DNA from: Candidatus Eiseniibacteriota bacterium
GTDB lineage: Bacteria; Eisenbacteria; RBG-16-71-46
Direction: 5' to 3'
Assembly (NCBI GenBank): GCA_041483195.1
Contig: JBGPFC010000027.1
Span: forward strand, 1 to 59,284
DNA length: 59,284 bases
A model generated the notes under the pieces. The model worked only from the letters and a program-made list of their open reading frames with translations. It was not told the DNA's origin and did not search any database. The position numbers and the translations under genes are program-made. Below, piece after piece: positions 1 through 10,020 of the stretch. Within the stretch, counting starts at the first letter, position 1; every line of letters begins with the position of its first letter.

Positions 1-71
1 GGAAGCCACTCCTCGATGGAGGGCGGCAACAGCAACTGCTGATCGGGCTGGTACGGGCGGAAGGTCTTCAT
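1..71 (-). CDS. IS1182-family transposase, 5' end (runs off the window)
   Basis: The reverse complement from ATG at 71 reads MKTFRPYQPDQQLLLPPSIEEWL, which resembles the N-terminus of IS1182-family transposases. Not in the ORF track. Confidence 0.8.
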   Translation of the reverse strand, partial: MKTFRPYQPDQQLLLPPSIEEWL

Positions 72-138
72 GTCCGCATCTTCCACACCGTCACCAGTCC
101 ACGCCAGAACTTTGACGAATACTCGGACAGGCTCCTAG
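1..138 (-). mobile_element. Left end of an IS1182-like insertion sequence
   Basis: The minus strand reads CTAG (138-135) then GAGCCTGTCCGAGTATTCG, about 63 nt upstream of the transposase ATG. This looks like a terminal inverted repeat next to a CTAG target. The other end is outside the window. Confidence 0.65.
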
Positions 139-155
139 CGGGCGTGCGCCGCGAC

Positions 156-1661
156 CTAGCCCAGGGGCGAGAGGAATCCCTCGTCGACGAGCTGACGCAC
201 GATCTCCGTGGTCTCGGTCGGGACGTCGCTCGCGCTCCATCCGAGAGCGGCCGCGGTGCTCGCGATCGCGTCGCGCAGTGGGCGCGCTCCGTCGCACGCC
301 GCGATGAGTTCGGCGACGTAGGTGTCGACCTCTTCCGTGTAGGCGAGTCCCCGGATCATGCGGATGGTGGCGGATGCCTGGGCCCAGCCCTCGGGCGTGG
401 CCCGGCACTCCTGCGTGAGTCGCAGATCGGGAGAGGGCGTGAAGACGGTCGCGAGAATCGCGGCCTCGTCGCGGCCCTGCATCAAGCTCAGCGCACGGAG
501 ACGCTCGGACACCTGGTCGCCGCATGGCCCGACGGCTCGATCCGGGCCATCGAACGCGCGAAACCAGGGAGTGCCGTCGGTGCGCCGCATGGTGACGGCG
601 CCGGCGCCGATCGAAGCGATCTTCTCCTGGGCGTAGTACCGGAGCCACGCATCGAGGCGCTCGGCGCTCCGCTTCGAGGCCCCGACCGAACCGACCCCCA
701 TCCACCCCAACGCGTAGCTGAGCGGATCGGTCGTTGACGATCGCAGCACCCACGCTTCGCAACCGGTCCGCTCGAACCACCCGCGCAACCGGTCGGTCCA
801 CTCGACACCCTCGAGCTCCACCCAGTTGCAGATCATCTGCAGGCAGCCGCCCGCGCAGAGCACGCGCGGAGCGTCTTCGACGATGCCGCGCGCGAACGCG
901 TCCGCCTTCATCCCGCCGCTGAGGTAGGCGATGCGGTCTTCTGGCGAGATCATGAAGGGCGGGTTGGAGACCACGAGATCGAAGCTCCGGCCCTCGACCG
1001 GCCCGAAGCGATCGCCGGCCAGCGCCTCGACGTTCGAGATCCGGTTCAGCTTCGCGTTGAACTCGGTGAATGCCACGGCCCGCGGGTTGATGTCGGTCGC
1101 CACCACCCGTTCGCTGTGCCGCGCGAGGAGGAAGGCCAGATAACCGCAGCCGGTGCCCAGGTCGAGGCTGGATTCGACCGCGTCGCGCATGGTGAGCGTC
1201 GCGAGCGTGCGCGCGCTGTCGCTCGGACCCATGACGTGGTCGGAGTCCTCGCGCAACTGCCCTGGCCAGTCCCGATCGAACGCCAGCAGCAGGCCATCGC
1301 ATGGCGTCACCTTCACCGCGGCCGCGATCAGGTCGCCGCGCGCCACCAGCAGTCCCCCCGCCATCCAGGACTCGAGCGCGGCCGGCGCGATCGCGTGCCG
1401 GATTTCCGCGGCGGGACTGGGCAGGCCGATCACGAACAACCGGATCAGCACGTGCAGCGCGGAGTCGCTGGAGGCGCGCAGCGCTGCGGTCTCGGCGGGC
1501 ACTTCCGCGAGGGAGGGGATCCCCCTCGCGCCGCACGCCTCCGCGACGGCTCGCTCCTCGAACCCGGCGGCATCGAACGCCTCGCGCGCACCCGCGAACT
1601 CGGCGTCCGCGAACGCGAAAGGACGATGCCGCGGGCGGGGCGTCCGGGAGGAAGCGTTCAT
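156..1661 (-). CDS. Class I SAM-dependent methyltransferase (MTS/HemK-like) with C-terminal winged-helix-like extension
   Basis: LDLGTGCG SAM-binding motif, ATDIN and LVVSNPPF motif IV. Start taken at ATG 1661; the ORF is open to 1700. Confidence 0.85.
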   Translation of the reverse strand: MNASSRTPRPRHRPFAFADAEFAGAREAFDAAGFEERAVAEACGARGIPSLAEVPAETAALRASSDSALHVLIRLFVIGLPSPAAEIRHAIAPAALESWMAGGLLVARGDLIAAAVKVTPCDGLLLAFDRDWPGQLREDSDHVMGPSDSARTLATLTMRDAVESSLDLGTGCGYLAFLLARHSERVVATDINPRAVAFTEFNAKLNRISNVEALAGDRFGPVEGRSFDLVVSNPPFMISPEDRIAYLSGGMKADAFARGIVEDAPRVLCAGGCLQMICNWVELEGVEWTDRLRGWFERTGCEAWVLRSSTTDPLSYALGWMGVGSVGASKRSAERLDAWLRYYAQEKIASIGAGAVTMRRTDGTPWFRAFDGPDRAVGPCGDQVSERLRALSLMQGRDEAAILATVFTPSPDLRLTQECRATPEGWAQASATIRMIRGLAYTEEVDTYVAELIAACDGARPLRDAIASTAAALGWSASDVPTETTEIVRQLVDEGFLSPLG

Positions 1662-1737
1662 GGGTCCGCGCACGGTATTGCGATCGAGGTCGCCGGGCAA
1701 TGCGTTCCCCGCCCGGAACCGCCTTCGAGTTCCACCT

Positions 1738-3423
1738 TCAATGGGACCCGGGTGGGCGAGCGGGGTTCACGCGATACACGAACCAAGGGGTGAAACCCGT
1801 GGTGAAGCCGGGCACTTGTTCGATCAGCGTGACGTCCTCAGCCGTTCCGCTTCGTGACTCGCGCCGCACCACATCGATGTCGTCCTGCCAGATGAGGTAG
1901 CGGATTCCGGCGCCCCGGATGTACTCGATGTAGCGGCGATCTCGAAGCGCCAGGTAGCAGTCTCGATTGACCACGCCGTCGAGATTGATCACGGTCAGGC
2001 TGTCGGCGAAATACCCGATCGCGCCCGATTGATAGCCGCCGACCACCGTGTGGGGGGGGAAGCGGCGCTCCACCCACTCACCGATTCGCATGTAGCCCCA
2101 CGTTCCGTGGAAACTGCGTCCGAACGTGCGAGCGAAAGAAGGATGCGCCAGGTTGCCGGCCGCGAGCGCGATCACGACCGCGAGCACGAATGCGCGGCGC
2201 GCGCCGCTCGCCAGGGCGCGCGTGGTCGCGCCCACCAGCGCCGCGAATACCAGCAACAGTGACACCGCGGCCGGGAAGAAATACCGCGGGAAGTGCCAGT
2301 AGCCGAAGATCACGAAGACGTGGGCGAGAACCAGCGCCGCCGCGAAGGCGATCGACGGGACCACGGGCCGCAGCTTCCCCGCGAGCTCGCGATATCCGCC
2401 GCGGGCGCGCAGCAGCGGGCTCCCGACGAGCAGGGCGGCGATCAGGGCGAGCAGCACGACGTTCTTTCGGAACAGCACCCCGCCCGCCTTCACGAGCAGG
2501 GGGCCGTACAGCGTCGCGAACCCGGGGTGGTGACGGGCCGACAGAATCCCCATGTAGTGCACGGCGCGACCGCTGATCGGAAACAGGTCGCCCGTGTAGT
2601 GGAACGCATACCCGAGCCATGGCGCGTACGCGAGCAGCGTGCCCGCTCCGATCAGCAGCCATCCGCGCGCGACCACGCCCGGGCCGCGGCCGGCGCGCCG
2701 GGCGGCCAGCAGCCACTCGAGCGCGGCGAACGGCGCGAGCAGCAGCAAGTCGATCCGCGCCAGCGCTCCGGCCCCGAGCAACAGCCCGAATCCGAGCGAG
2801 CGTCGTGCGTCCGCGGCCCCCGCCGGCGCCTCGCGCAGCGCGGCGAGCCGGTCGAGCGCCGCGAGCAGGAAGAACGCGGCGATCACGGTCTCGAGGCCAT
2901 TCATCGAGGTCTGAATCACGTAGGGACTGAGCATCCATCCGACCATCGCGACCACGGCCGCCGCGCGCGAGCGGCTGGTGCGCGCCACGAGCCGGTGCAA
3001 CATCCAGAGCGCGGCCACGTCCCACACGGCGAGCATCACCAGTGCCACGCGAATCGGCGTCTCGAGATCGCGGGGGATGAGCGCGTATACCGGCGCCATC
3101 AGGAACACGTAGAGCGGCTGGAAGCCGCTGGTAAAATCCAGGCCATAGAGCGGCCCGAGGCCGCGACGGATCGCGCGCGCGATCTGCAGGGAGTAGTAGG
3201 TGTCGTCCGGGAACACCAGGTCGTCGAGAAACCCGATCGGCTTGAACGCCACCACGAGCCGGATCACGAAATCGGCGATCAGCAGCGCCGCGAGCCAGCG
3301 TGCCGGCAGCCGCGCGCCCGGCTCGCGTCGCTCTCCGACCGGGGTCGGGACGACGCGCCGGCCGGGGAGCGGGGCTTGCGAGGTCGCGCGCGACTTGCCG
3401 TCGTTCGATCGGGCGGTGGTCAT
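1738..3423 (-). CDS. Polytopic membrane glycosyltransferase-like protein (GT-C fold, ArnT/PMT-like)
   Basis: First TM helix followed by PDDTYYSLQIAR (acidic pair), then MNGLET, ARIDLLL, many TM segments and a C-terminal GAIGYF..VINLDGVVN domain. Confidence 0.7.
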   Translation of the reverse strand: MTTARSNDGKSRATSQAPLPGRRVVPTPVGERREPGARLPARWLAALLIADFVIRLVVAFKPIGFLDDLVFPDDTYYSLQIARAIRRGLGPLYGLDFTSGFQPLYVFLMAPVYALIPRDLETPIRVALVMLAVWDVAALWMLHRLVARTSRSRAAAVVAMVGWMLSPYVIQTSMNGLETVIAAFFLLAALDRLAALREAPAGAADARRSLGFGLLLGAGALARIDLLLLAPFAALEWLLAARRAGRGPGVVARGWLLIGAGTLLAYAPWLGYAFHYTGDLFPISGRAVHYMGILSARHHPGFATLYGPLLVKAGGVLFRKNVVLLALIAALLVGSPLLRARGGYRELAGKLRPVVPSIAFAAALVLAHVFVIFGYWHFPRYFFPAAVSLLLVFAALVGATTRALASGARRAFVLAVVIALAAGNLAHPSFARTFGRSFHGTWGYMRIGEWVERRFPPHTVVGGYQSGAIGYFADSLTVINLDGVVNRDCYLALRDRRYIEYIRGAGIRYLIWQDDIDVVRRESRSGTAEDVTLIEQVPGFTTGFTPWFVYRVNPARPPGSH

Positions 3424-3573
3424 GGGGTTCCCGCGGGGATCACGGCGCTGCGGCGCTCGATCGGGGAGGCCGCGACGGATCAGCAGTTTTCCGGGTGCGC
3501 GCCGACTCACGGCTTCGACGTGGTGGTGCATGTCGATCGCACCGAGGCGGCCACGTCTTCGCCCGGACGCGCG

Positions 3574-3777
3574 CTAGTGCCGGCCCCAGCCGCTGAACGC
3601 GTGCTGCAGCGCGTCCAGCCCCCGCCACAGCGCGAGAAATGCCAGGCACTCGAGGGTGAAGCTGTGAAACTTGAAGAATCGCTCGGCCACGATCAGCGAC
3701 ACGCCCAGCGACGGCAGCCGATCCAGGCTCAGCCCGAACACGGGCTCGAGGGACTTCAACTTCGCTCGCATGGGCAT
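3574..3777 (-). CDS. Small hydrophobic hypothetical protein (65-67 aa)
   Basis: AGGAG RBS before the ATG; fills the gap between co-oriented genes; contains FFKFHSFTLECLAFLALW. Confidence 0.7.
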   Translation of the reverse strand: MPMRAKLKSLEPVFGLSLDRLPSLGVSLIVAERFFKFHSFTLECLAFLALWRGLDALQHAFSGWGRH

Positions 3778-3788
3778 GGTGCTCCTGT

Positions 3789-5831
3789 TCAGGCCGGAGG
3801 TCCGGAGGGGAGAGGCTCCACTTTCACGTGGTAACGTAGCACGTAGTCGACCTTCTTCAGATCGTAGAACAATTCCGCGCTGTGCGAGTCTTCCTTCGTG
3901 AGAAAGCCCGTGAGCGACAACGGAACGTCGGCACCTTCGCCGAACAGCCCGATGAACTCCTTCACCGTGATCGGGTTCGGCGCATCGGCGGGCGCGGTCT
4001 TGACGGCCGGATCGATGATTCCGATCGGCTCGTTTCCCGAATTCATCGTGCGCGCCATCTTGAAGAGCATGTCCCGAGCGACCTGCTGGGAGCGCGCGAT
4101 GTCCGGGGAATCCGCCTCCGGCAGCCAGACGGTGTGCATCGTGTCGTCGCCCGAACCCGCACGCAGCCGGCGTTCCGCCGCGGAGCCCTCGAGAAACTGA
4201 CCGATCAGGTTGCGGTCAAAGCCGTGCATGGAAATCTGGATGCGGTCTTCGAGGGCCAGGTGAAAGACCAGCGTCTTGTTGAGCGGCCAGGTCGCTCCGT
4301 TGTGAAAAGCGTTTTCCGGCTGCTGGATGTGATGCCATCGCCCGTTGACCCCGACCCGGAGCGTCCACTCCTCGCCCAGCACGTCGTGATCGACCGAGCC
4401 CTTCAGGACCCCGTTCAGCGTCACCGTGACCTTGCGGATCTTCGCGGATTCGCGCCCGTCCGGGTCGTGCCATCCCATGGACACGAGCACCCCGTACGCG
4501 TCCGCCGATGCCGGCAGCGAGGCCATCGGGAACGTGACCTTGACCTGCTCCGGGACGCTGCCCTTGGCGGGCATGAGCGGCGTGACGACCGGCAGCGCCT
4601 CGTCCTTGCCCGCCACCGTGCCCTGCGCGTTCTTGAACTGCGCCGAGTCGAAATGCATGAGCAGCCGGGGACGCATCACGAGCGTGTTCTCGAGGAACGT
4701 CTCCGTGTGCCCGAGCGGATGCGGTTCCTCCGACTGGGGCTCCGGCTTGGGCAGGTCCACGATGAACTCGTAGTCCTTGGTGGCGTCCGGAGCCGCGGCC
4801 CGCCGCGCGAGGAAGCCTCCGGGCTTCACGGTCTGGAAATCCCAGTAGCCGCCGAGGCGGCTCGCGAACAGGAGGAACTGAACGGCGGGGACGAAGCGAT
4901 CCCCGTTCGCGTCGAAGCGGAACGCCTCCCAGCGCGCTGTGGCGAGCGCGAGGATCGGGTGGAGCTCGGTGCGCATCAGCCCCGGGTTGGGCCCGGTCTT
5001 GTCCCCGCTGTGATCCTCGTCGGCCGTGCTGGCCCGGCTGTTCGCGTGGCCGCAGTCGTAGATGTGCCGTCCGGAGACCCACAGGTACTGCCCGGTCATC
5101 GGCCACGCCCAGTCGCGTTCGGGCGGAAACGCGCCCCCCAGCGTCTCGTCGTACATGGGGCCGGGGCGCTTGCCGAATGCGCCGACATCCCACTCGCATT
5201 CCATGGCCTCCTCGCTGCCCACGGCGTCCAGATGATCCTTGTCCTTCAGCTCCGACTTGACCGGCACGTCGTTCCCGAGGCCGCGCAGGTGATCGTATCC
5301 ATGCGCCGGCATGATGTGAAAATTCCAGTCGTACCAGCGGTGCCATTCGAACACCGGCACGTCGGTCCAGGTCTGGAAGCTGTGCCAGAGAATGCCCTCC
5401 ACTTCTCGAACGCCCTCCGGGAACGCGGGGTCCGAGCCCCTCCGATCCACCGGCACCCAGGAAGGAGCGGTCCTCAGGATCTCTTTGAACGCCCCCTTCG
5501 CGCGGATGATGATGTGGACCAGCAGGTCGAAGGGAATCGTGATGAGGCTGAATGGAAACGGCAGGTCGAGCCCCATCGCCCTGGCGAAGGACCGGAGCTC
5601 GTCGAGGGAGAAGCTATAGTCGACGGCCGGCGAGCGGCAGCCGCAGTCGTAGCCTTTTCCGGAGACGCGGGGCGCGCCGGGCGCGAAGTCGGGGGAGTTG
5701 ATGCGATGGAAGGGGCGGTCGCGGTCGAACGGCTTGGAGGTGAGCGTCCAGCTCGGATCCGCGAGCAGCTTCGAGAGACCCCCCGTGTCCATCCGCGGGT
5801 TGGCTTTGAGGTTTGGATCGAAGATGCTCAT
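3789..5831 (-). CDS. Hypothetical protein, 680 aa
   Basis: Natural amino-acid composition and GC3-biased codons. Motifs HRWYDWNFHI, ECEWD, GRHIYDCGH, RTELHP. Function not recognised. Confidence 0.85.
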   Translation of the reverse strand: MSIFDPNLKANPRMDTGGLSKLLADPSWTLTSKPFDRDRPFHRINSPDFAPGAPRVSGKGYDCGCRSPAVDYSFSLDELRSFARAMGLDLPFPFSLITIPFDLLVHIIIRAKGAFKEILRTAPSWVPVDRRGSDPAFPEGVREVEGILWHSFQTWTDVPVFEWHRWYDWNFHIMPAHGYDHLRGLGNDVPVKSELKDKDHLDAVGSEEAMECEWDVGAFGKRPGPMYDETLGGAFPPERDWAWPMTGQYLWVSGRHIYDCGHANSRASTADEDHSGDKTGPNPGLMRTELHPILALATARWEAFRFDANGDRFVPAVQFLLFASRLGGYWDFQTVKPGGFLARRAAAPDATKDYEFIVDLPKPEPQSEEPHPLGHTETFLENTLVMRPRLLMHFDSAQFKNAQGTVAGKDEALPVVTPLMPAKGSVPEQVKVTFPMASLPASADAYGVLVSMGWHDPDGRESAKIRKVTVTLNGVLKGSVDHDVLGEEWTLRVGVNGRWHHIQQPENAFHNGATWPLNKTLVFHLALEDRIQISMHGFDRNLIGQFLEGSAAERRLRAGSGDDTMHTVWLPEADSPDIARSQQVARDMLFKMARTMNSGNEPIGIIDPAVKTAPADAPNPITVKEFIGLFGEGADVPLSLTGFLTKEDSHSAELFYDLKKVDYVLRYHVKVEPLPSGPPA

Positions 5832-5956
5832 GTTCGGTCTCCGAGGGATCTACCCGAAACCTCCAGCCCCCGCTCAGGGTCGCGGCATACTACAACAGTC
5901 GCGGGTGCGAGGGTTGGGAGCGATCCGGAGTCTGCGCCGCGCGTCGGCGGGAGGGC

Positions 5957-6415
5957 TTGCCGCTGCACATCTACGTCGATGCCGATGCCTGTCCAGTGAA
6001 GCCGGAGATCTTTCGGGTCGCGAAGCGTCACGCGCTGGGCGTGACGCTGGTCGCGGGTTCGTGGATGCGGATCCCGGATGCGAAGGGCAGCACACTGGTG
6101 GTGGTGGAAGAAGGCTTCGACGCGGCGGACGATTGGATCGTCGCGCACGCCACGCCGGAGGACATCGTCGTCACGTCGGACATCGCGCTCGCAGCGCGCT
6201 GCCTCGAACTCGGCGCGACCGTGCTCGGCAACACCGGCCGGCCGTTCACCGATTCCAACATCGGAGACGCGCTCGCGACGCACAATCTCCTGTCGGAGTT
6301 GCGGGGCGCGGGCCTCGAGTCGGGCGGGCCGGCGCCGTTCGGCCCGCGCGACCGCTCGCGTTTCCTCCAGGCCATCGACCGCGCGATCCACGCGATCCGG
6401 CGGGTCCGGCCGTGA
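5957..6415 (+). CDS. yaiI: YaiI/YqxD family protein (DUF188)
   Basis: IYVDADACPVK, DAADDWI and DIVVTSDIALA motifs; TTG start after GGAGGG. Confidence 0.9.
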   Translation: MPLHIYVDADACPVKPEIFRVAKRHALGVTLVAGSWMRIPDAKGSTLVVVEEGFDAADDWIVAHATPEDIVVTSDIALAARCLELGATVLGNTGRPFTDSNIGDALATHNLLSELRGAGLESGGPAPFGPRDRSRFLQAIDRAIHAIRRVRP

Positions 6416-6425
6416 GACCGGTCCG

Positions 6426-9400
6426 ATGACGGCGCGATCTCCGATCGATTCGCTCCCGGCGGAGATGATCGAGGCCATCCGCGGCGACGCCGAGCACTTC
6501 CCGTCGCAGATTCAGAGTCGCGGGCGCTCTTACCTGAGCGAGGGCCGCGTGGGGCCGCTCGACGTGGATTCGCAGCGGATCGCGGCGAGCATCCGCGGCA
6601 GTCGCACCTACCGCACGACCTGGCACTGGGACGGGCAGGCCGCGCACCCGCGCTGTACCTGCCCCGCGGGACCGCTGTGCAAGCACGCGTACGCGCTCGC
6701 GCGGGCGATCGATGCCGCGCGCCACGACGGCGTCGCGAGGTCCGCCGATGCCGCACGCGAGCAGGCGCGGATCACGCGCGCGAGCGAGCCGCGGCGTCAG
6801 GCCTTCCGAGGAGACAATTTCCGCACCGAGCGGCGCGCGGACGAGAGCGAGCGCGCCGAACTGGCGCGGGACATCGAACATTGGGCGCGCAGCCACTCCG
6901 AGATGCCGGCACGGACCCTGCGCGCTGTGTTCGGCCTCGACTGGGAAGCAGCCGACCGTCCCATGCTGTGGATGGAGGTGCGCGTCACGACCCAGCGCAT
7001 GGCCGATGTGCCGCGCAGCGCTCACCACCTAAGCCAGCTCGCGTCCGAGCTGCGAGTGGATCCGCGGCTCCTCGCCCCGCCCCACGCGCGGCTGCTGCGC
7101 GTTCTCGCCCGAACCGTCCCACACGCGGAGCCACGCGCGAGCGCCACGCAATTCGGCCTCAAGGCGAGCACGATCAACCGTCTGCTCGACAGCTTCTCCG
7201 ACTCGCCGCTCGCCACCTGGGCGGGGCGCAGCGAAACGCAGGCCGATTCGCGCGGCGGCGCGGTCCCTGGCGCGCGGCTGCGGCTCGGTGACGCCGGCGT
7301 CGACATCGTTCCGGTGTCGTCCGGCGACGACCTCGACATGCGCATCATGCTCGCGGCGCGCTGGCCGGACGGCAGGCTGAGGAGGCTCGACGAGATCGTC
7401 TACCTTCCCTCGGACGACGAACTGCATCCCAGCCTGGTGCTCGCCGACGGCGCGTTCTGGCGCGTGACCGAGGAGCCGCCCGCCCACCTGATGCGACGTC
7501 TCGCGTACACCGGCAGCCTGCCGGTGCCGGAGACCGGACGTACTGAATTTCTCGAGTTGCTGGCGTCGAGTTTCTCGAGCGTCGCCGATGCGCTTGCGCC
7601 GCACATGCGCGTTCACCGCGCCCGCCCGGCCATCACGCTCGACCTCGGCCCCGACGAGTGGCTGCGGGTCCGGCTCTACGCGCACACCGGCGACGAGGCG
7701 TGGCGCCCCGGCCGGAACGCGCCCGGCGTGGTCGCGTTCGAGCTGGATGCCGAAGGACGGTGGGTGCGGCTCGAGCCGGACGCCGGGGGGGACGCCTCGG
7801 ACGTGGAGCGCGCCCCGATCGTGGATGGAGAAAACTTCATCGCCGTCGAGCCGCCCGCGCCGATGCCGCCCGCCGCGAAGACCGGGCCGGAGCCGTCGCA
7901 GCCGATCTGGGTCGAGGTGCCCGATCCCGCACGGCTCGAGGCCGCCCGTCACTGGCTCGGCCGGCTTCCCCTGGTGCGGCGTCATCGCGGCGCCTCGGAA
8001 AGCGCGGCGCACGATCCGGACTCGGCCGAGCGCGGCGCCTGGATCCGCCCCGGCGCGCGCAATCTTCATGCTTTCGCCGAGGCGTGGGACCAGCGGCCGC
8101 GCGACGTCGTGTTTCTCGGAAACGCGCGTATGCGAGATCTGCTGGGAGAGCGGCGCGCGATCCGGCCGCGGGTGACGGTCGTCGCCAGCGGCGTGGATTG
8201 GTTCACGGTTTCCGCCGCGTGGCGTGCCGAGGGGCTCGCGCTCACCGACGCCGATCTCGCGAAGCTCCGGGCCGCGCGAACGCGCTTCGTGAAGCTGGCG
8301 TCCGGCTGGGTGCGGCGCGATACCGTCGAGGCGTACGACGAGGCCGCTGAGCTGCTCGCCGACCTCGGCATCGAGGCCGGCGCGGGCGAGCAGCGGCTCA
8401 CGCTCGCGCAGCTGGCGCAGGCGCGGCCCGAGAGCCTCGCCGCGCTCCAGGAACTCGGCGGCGATCCCCGGACGGTCCGAGAGATCGAGCGGCTGCGCGA
8501 GCGGGTGAGGAGCTTCGAGGGCGTGCCGCGCGTTCCGGTGCCGGCCGGTCTCGAGGCGATCCTGCGACCGTACCAGCGCGACGGCCTCGATTTTCTCGCG
8601 TTCGTGACCGGCCTCGGCCTGGGCGCGGTGCTGGCCGACGACATGGGGCTCGGCAAGACCGTTCAGGCGCTGGCGTGGATCGAATGGCTGAGGGAGCGCG
8701 ACCCGGGCGGCGGACCGGTGCTGGTGGTATGTCCCGCTTCGGTCGTTCACAACTGGCAGCGCGAGGCCGAGCGCTTCACCCCCGGATTGCGCGTGCTCGC
8801 GCTCACCAGCGGGGAGGGGCGGCACGCGCTGCGGCGCGAAGTTCCGCACCACGACATGGTCGTGACCAACTACGCGCTGCTCCGGCGCGATCTCGAACGC
8901 TGGCGATCCATCCCGCTGCGCGCCGCCATCCTCGACGAAGCGCAGAACATCAAGAACCCGAACGCGGCGGTGAGCCGTGCGGTTCTGGAGCTGGATGCGC
9001 GGCACCGTCTGGCGCTCACCGGAACGCCCATCGAGAACCGTGCGCTCGACCTGTGGAGCGTCATGCAGTTCGTGAATCCCGGCTACCTCGGGCGCCGGGC
9101 GGTGTTCGTCGCGCGCTACGACCGTCCCGATGGGCCGCCGCACGTGCGACGCCTGCTCGCGGCGCGGCTGCGCCCGGTGATGGTGCGGCGCCTCAAGGAA
9201 CAAGTGGCGACCGACCTGCCGGATCGCATCGAGGAGCATCGCGAATGCGAGCTGACGCCCGGCCAGCGCAAGCTCTACCTTGCCGAGCTGATGCGCGGCC
9301 GTGCGACGGTGGAGAGGCTGAAGGCGTCGGCCGACGGCGTGATGCGCAACAAGATCGAGGTGCTCGCGACGCTCACGCGCCTCCGGCAGGTGTGCTGCCA

Positions 9401-9938
9401 TCCGGCGCTGGTGGGCGGGCGCGAGGGCCTGGGGTCCGGGAAATTCGAGGCGCTCTTCGAAATCCTCGAGCCGCTGCTCGCCGAAGGGCGCAAGGTCCTG
9501 GTGTTCTCGCAGTTCGTGGAGTGTCTCAAGCTGCTCGCCCCCGAGATGAGTCGCCGCTCGATCCGCCACCACCTGCTGACCGGAGCGACGACCCGGCGGG
9601 AGGCGGTCGTCGCGGCATTCGAGTCCGACCCCGAGCCGTGCGTGTTCCTGATCTCGCTGAAGGCCGGCGGCACCGGGCTCAACCTGACCGCCGCGAGCTA
9701 CGTGGTGCTGTTCGACCCGTGGTGGAACCCGGCGGTCGAGGCCCAGGCCATCGACCGCGCGCACCGCATCGGGCAGACGCGCACCGTGATCGCCTATCGC
9801 ATGCTCGCGGCGGGAACGATCGAGGAGAAGATCTGGGAGCTTCAGCAGCGCAAGGCGGCGCTGGTCGACGAGGTTCTGGGCGAAGACGGCTTCGCCCGCA
9901 GACTGACGCCGGAGGACCTGGACTACCTGCTGGGGTGA
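6426..9938 (+). CDS. SWIM zinc finger plus SNF2-family helicase/ATPase
   Basis: CTCPAGPLCKH (SWIM), LADDMGLGKT (Walker A), ILDEAQNIKN, LTGTPIEN, SLKAGGTGLNLT, QAIDRAHRIGQ. Confidence 0.95.
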   Translation: MTARSPIDSLPAEMIEAIRGDAEHFPSQIQSRGRSYLSEGRVGPLDVDSQRIAASIRGSRTYRTTWHWDGQAAHPRCTCPAGPLCKHAYALARAIDAARHDGVARSADAAREQARITRASEPRRQAFRGDNFRTERRADESERAELARDIEHWARSHSEMPARTLRAVFGLDWEAADRPMLWMEVRVTTQRMADVPRSAHHLSQLASELRVDPRLLAPPHARLLRVLARTVPHAEPRASATQFGLKASTINRLLDSFSDSPLATWAGRSETQADSRGGAVPGARLRLGDAGVDIVPVSSGDDLDMRIMLAARWPDGRLRRLDEIVYLPSDDELHPSLVLADGAFWRVTEEPPAHLMRRLAYTGSLPVPETGRTEFLELLASSFSSVADALAPHMRVHRARPAITLDLGPDEWLRVRLYAHTGDEAWRPGRNAPGVVAFELDAEGRWVRLEPDAGGDASDVERAPIVDGENFIAVEPPAPMPPAAKTGPEPSQPIWVEVPDPARLEAARHWLGRLPLVRRHRGASESAAHDPDSAERGAWIRPGARNLHAFAEAWDQRPRDVVFLGNARMRDLLGERRAIRPRVTVVASGVDWFTVSAAWRAEGLALTDADLAKLRAARTRFVKLASGWVRRDTVEAYDEAAELLADLGIEAGAGEQRLTLAQLAQARPESLAALQELGGDPRTVREIERLRERVRSFEGVPRVPVPAGLEAILRPYQRDGLDFLAFVTGLGLGAVLADDMGLGKTVQALAWIEWLRERDPGGGPVLVVCPASVVHNWQREAERFTPGLRVLALTSGEGRHALRREVPHHDMVVTNYALLRRDLERWRSIPLRAAILDEAQNIKNPNAAVSRAVLELDARHRLALTGTPIENRALDLWSVMQFVNPGYLGRRAVFVARYDRPDGPPHVRRLLAARLRPVMVRRLKEQVATDLPDRIEEHRECELTPGQRKLYLAELMRGRATVERLKASADGVMRNKIEVLATLTRLRQVCCHPALVGGREGLGSGKFEALFEILEPLLAEGRKVLVFSQFVECLKLLAPEMSRRSIRHHLLTGATTRREAVVAAFESDPEPCVFLISLKAGGTGLNLTAASYVVLFDPWWNPAVEAQAIDRAHRIGQTRTVIAYRMLAAGTIEEKIWELQQRKAALVDEVLGEDGFARRLTPEDLDYLLG

Positions 9939-10020
9939 GCCCGGAAGCCGATGGGCTCGGTCCGCATCCCGCGCGGGGCGGAAGAGATGACCGGCGATTC
10001 CGTCAGCCGGGATCGACGCC

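Noticed and set aside
2052..2059. G8 tract inside the glycosyltransferase gene as a phase-variation switch
   Set aside because: It is short for a high-GC genome, in frame, and simply encodes Phe-Pro-Pro-His.
3574..3777. 67-aa peptide as a RiPP precursor for the methyltransferase
   Set aside because: It looks like a hydrophobic membrane peptide with no leader/core pattern, and no other RiPP enzymes or transporter are nearby.
6078..6425. N-terminal extension of the SNF2 ORF
   Set aside because: It overlaps yaiI in another frame and is low-complexity Arg/Ser. ATG 6426 is the plausible start.
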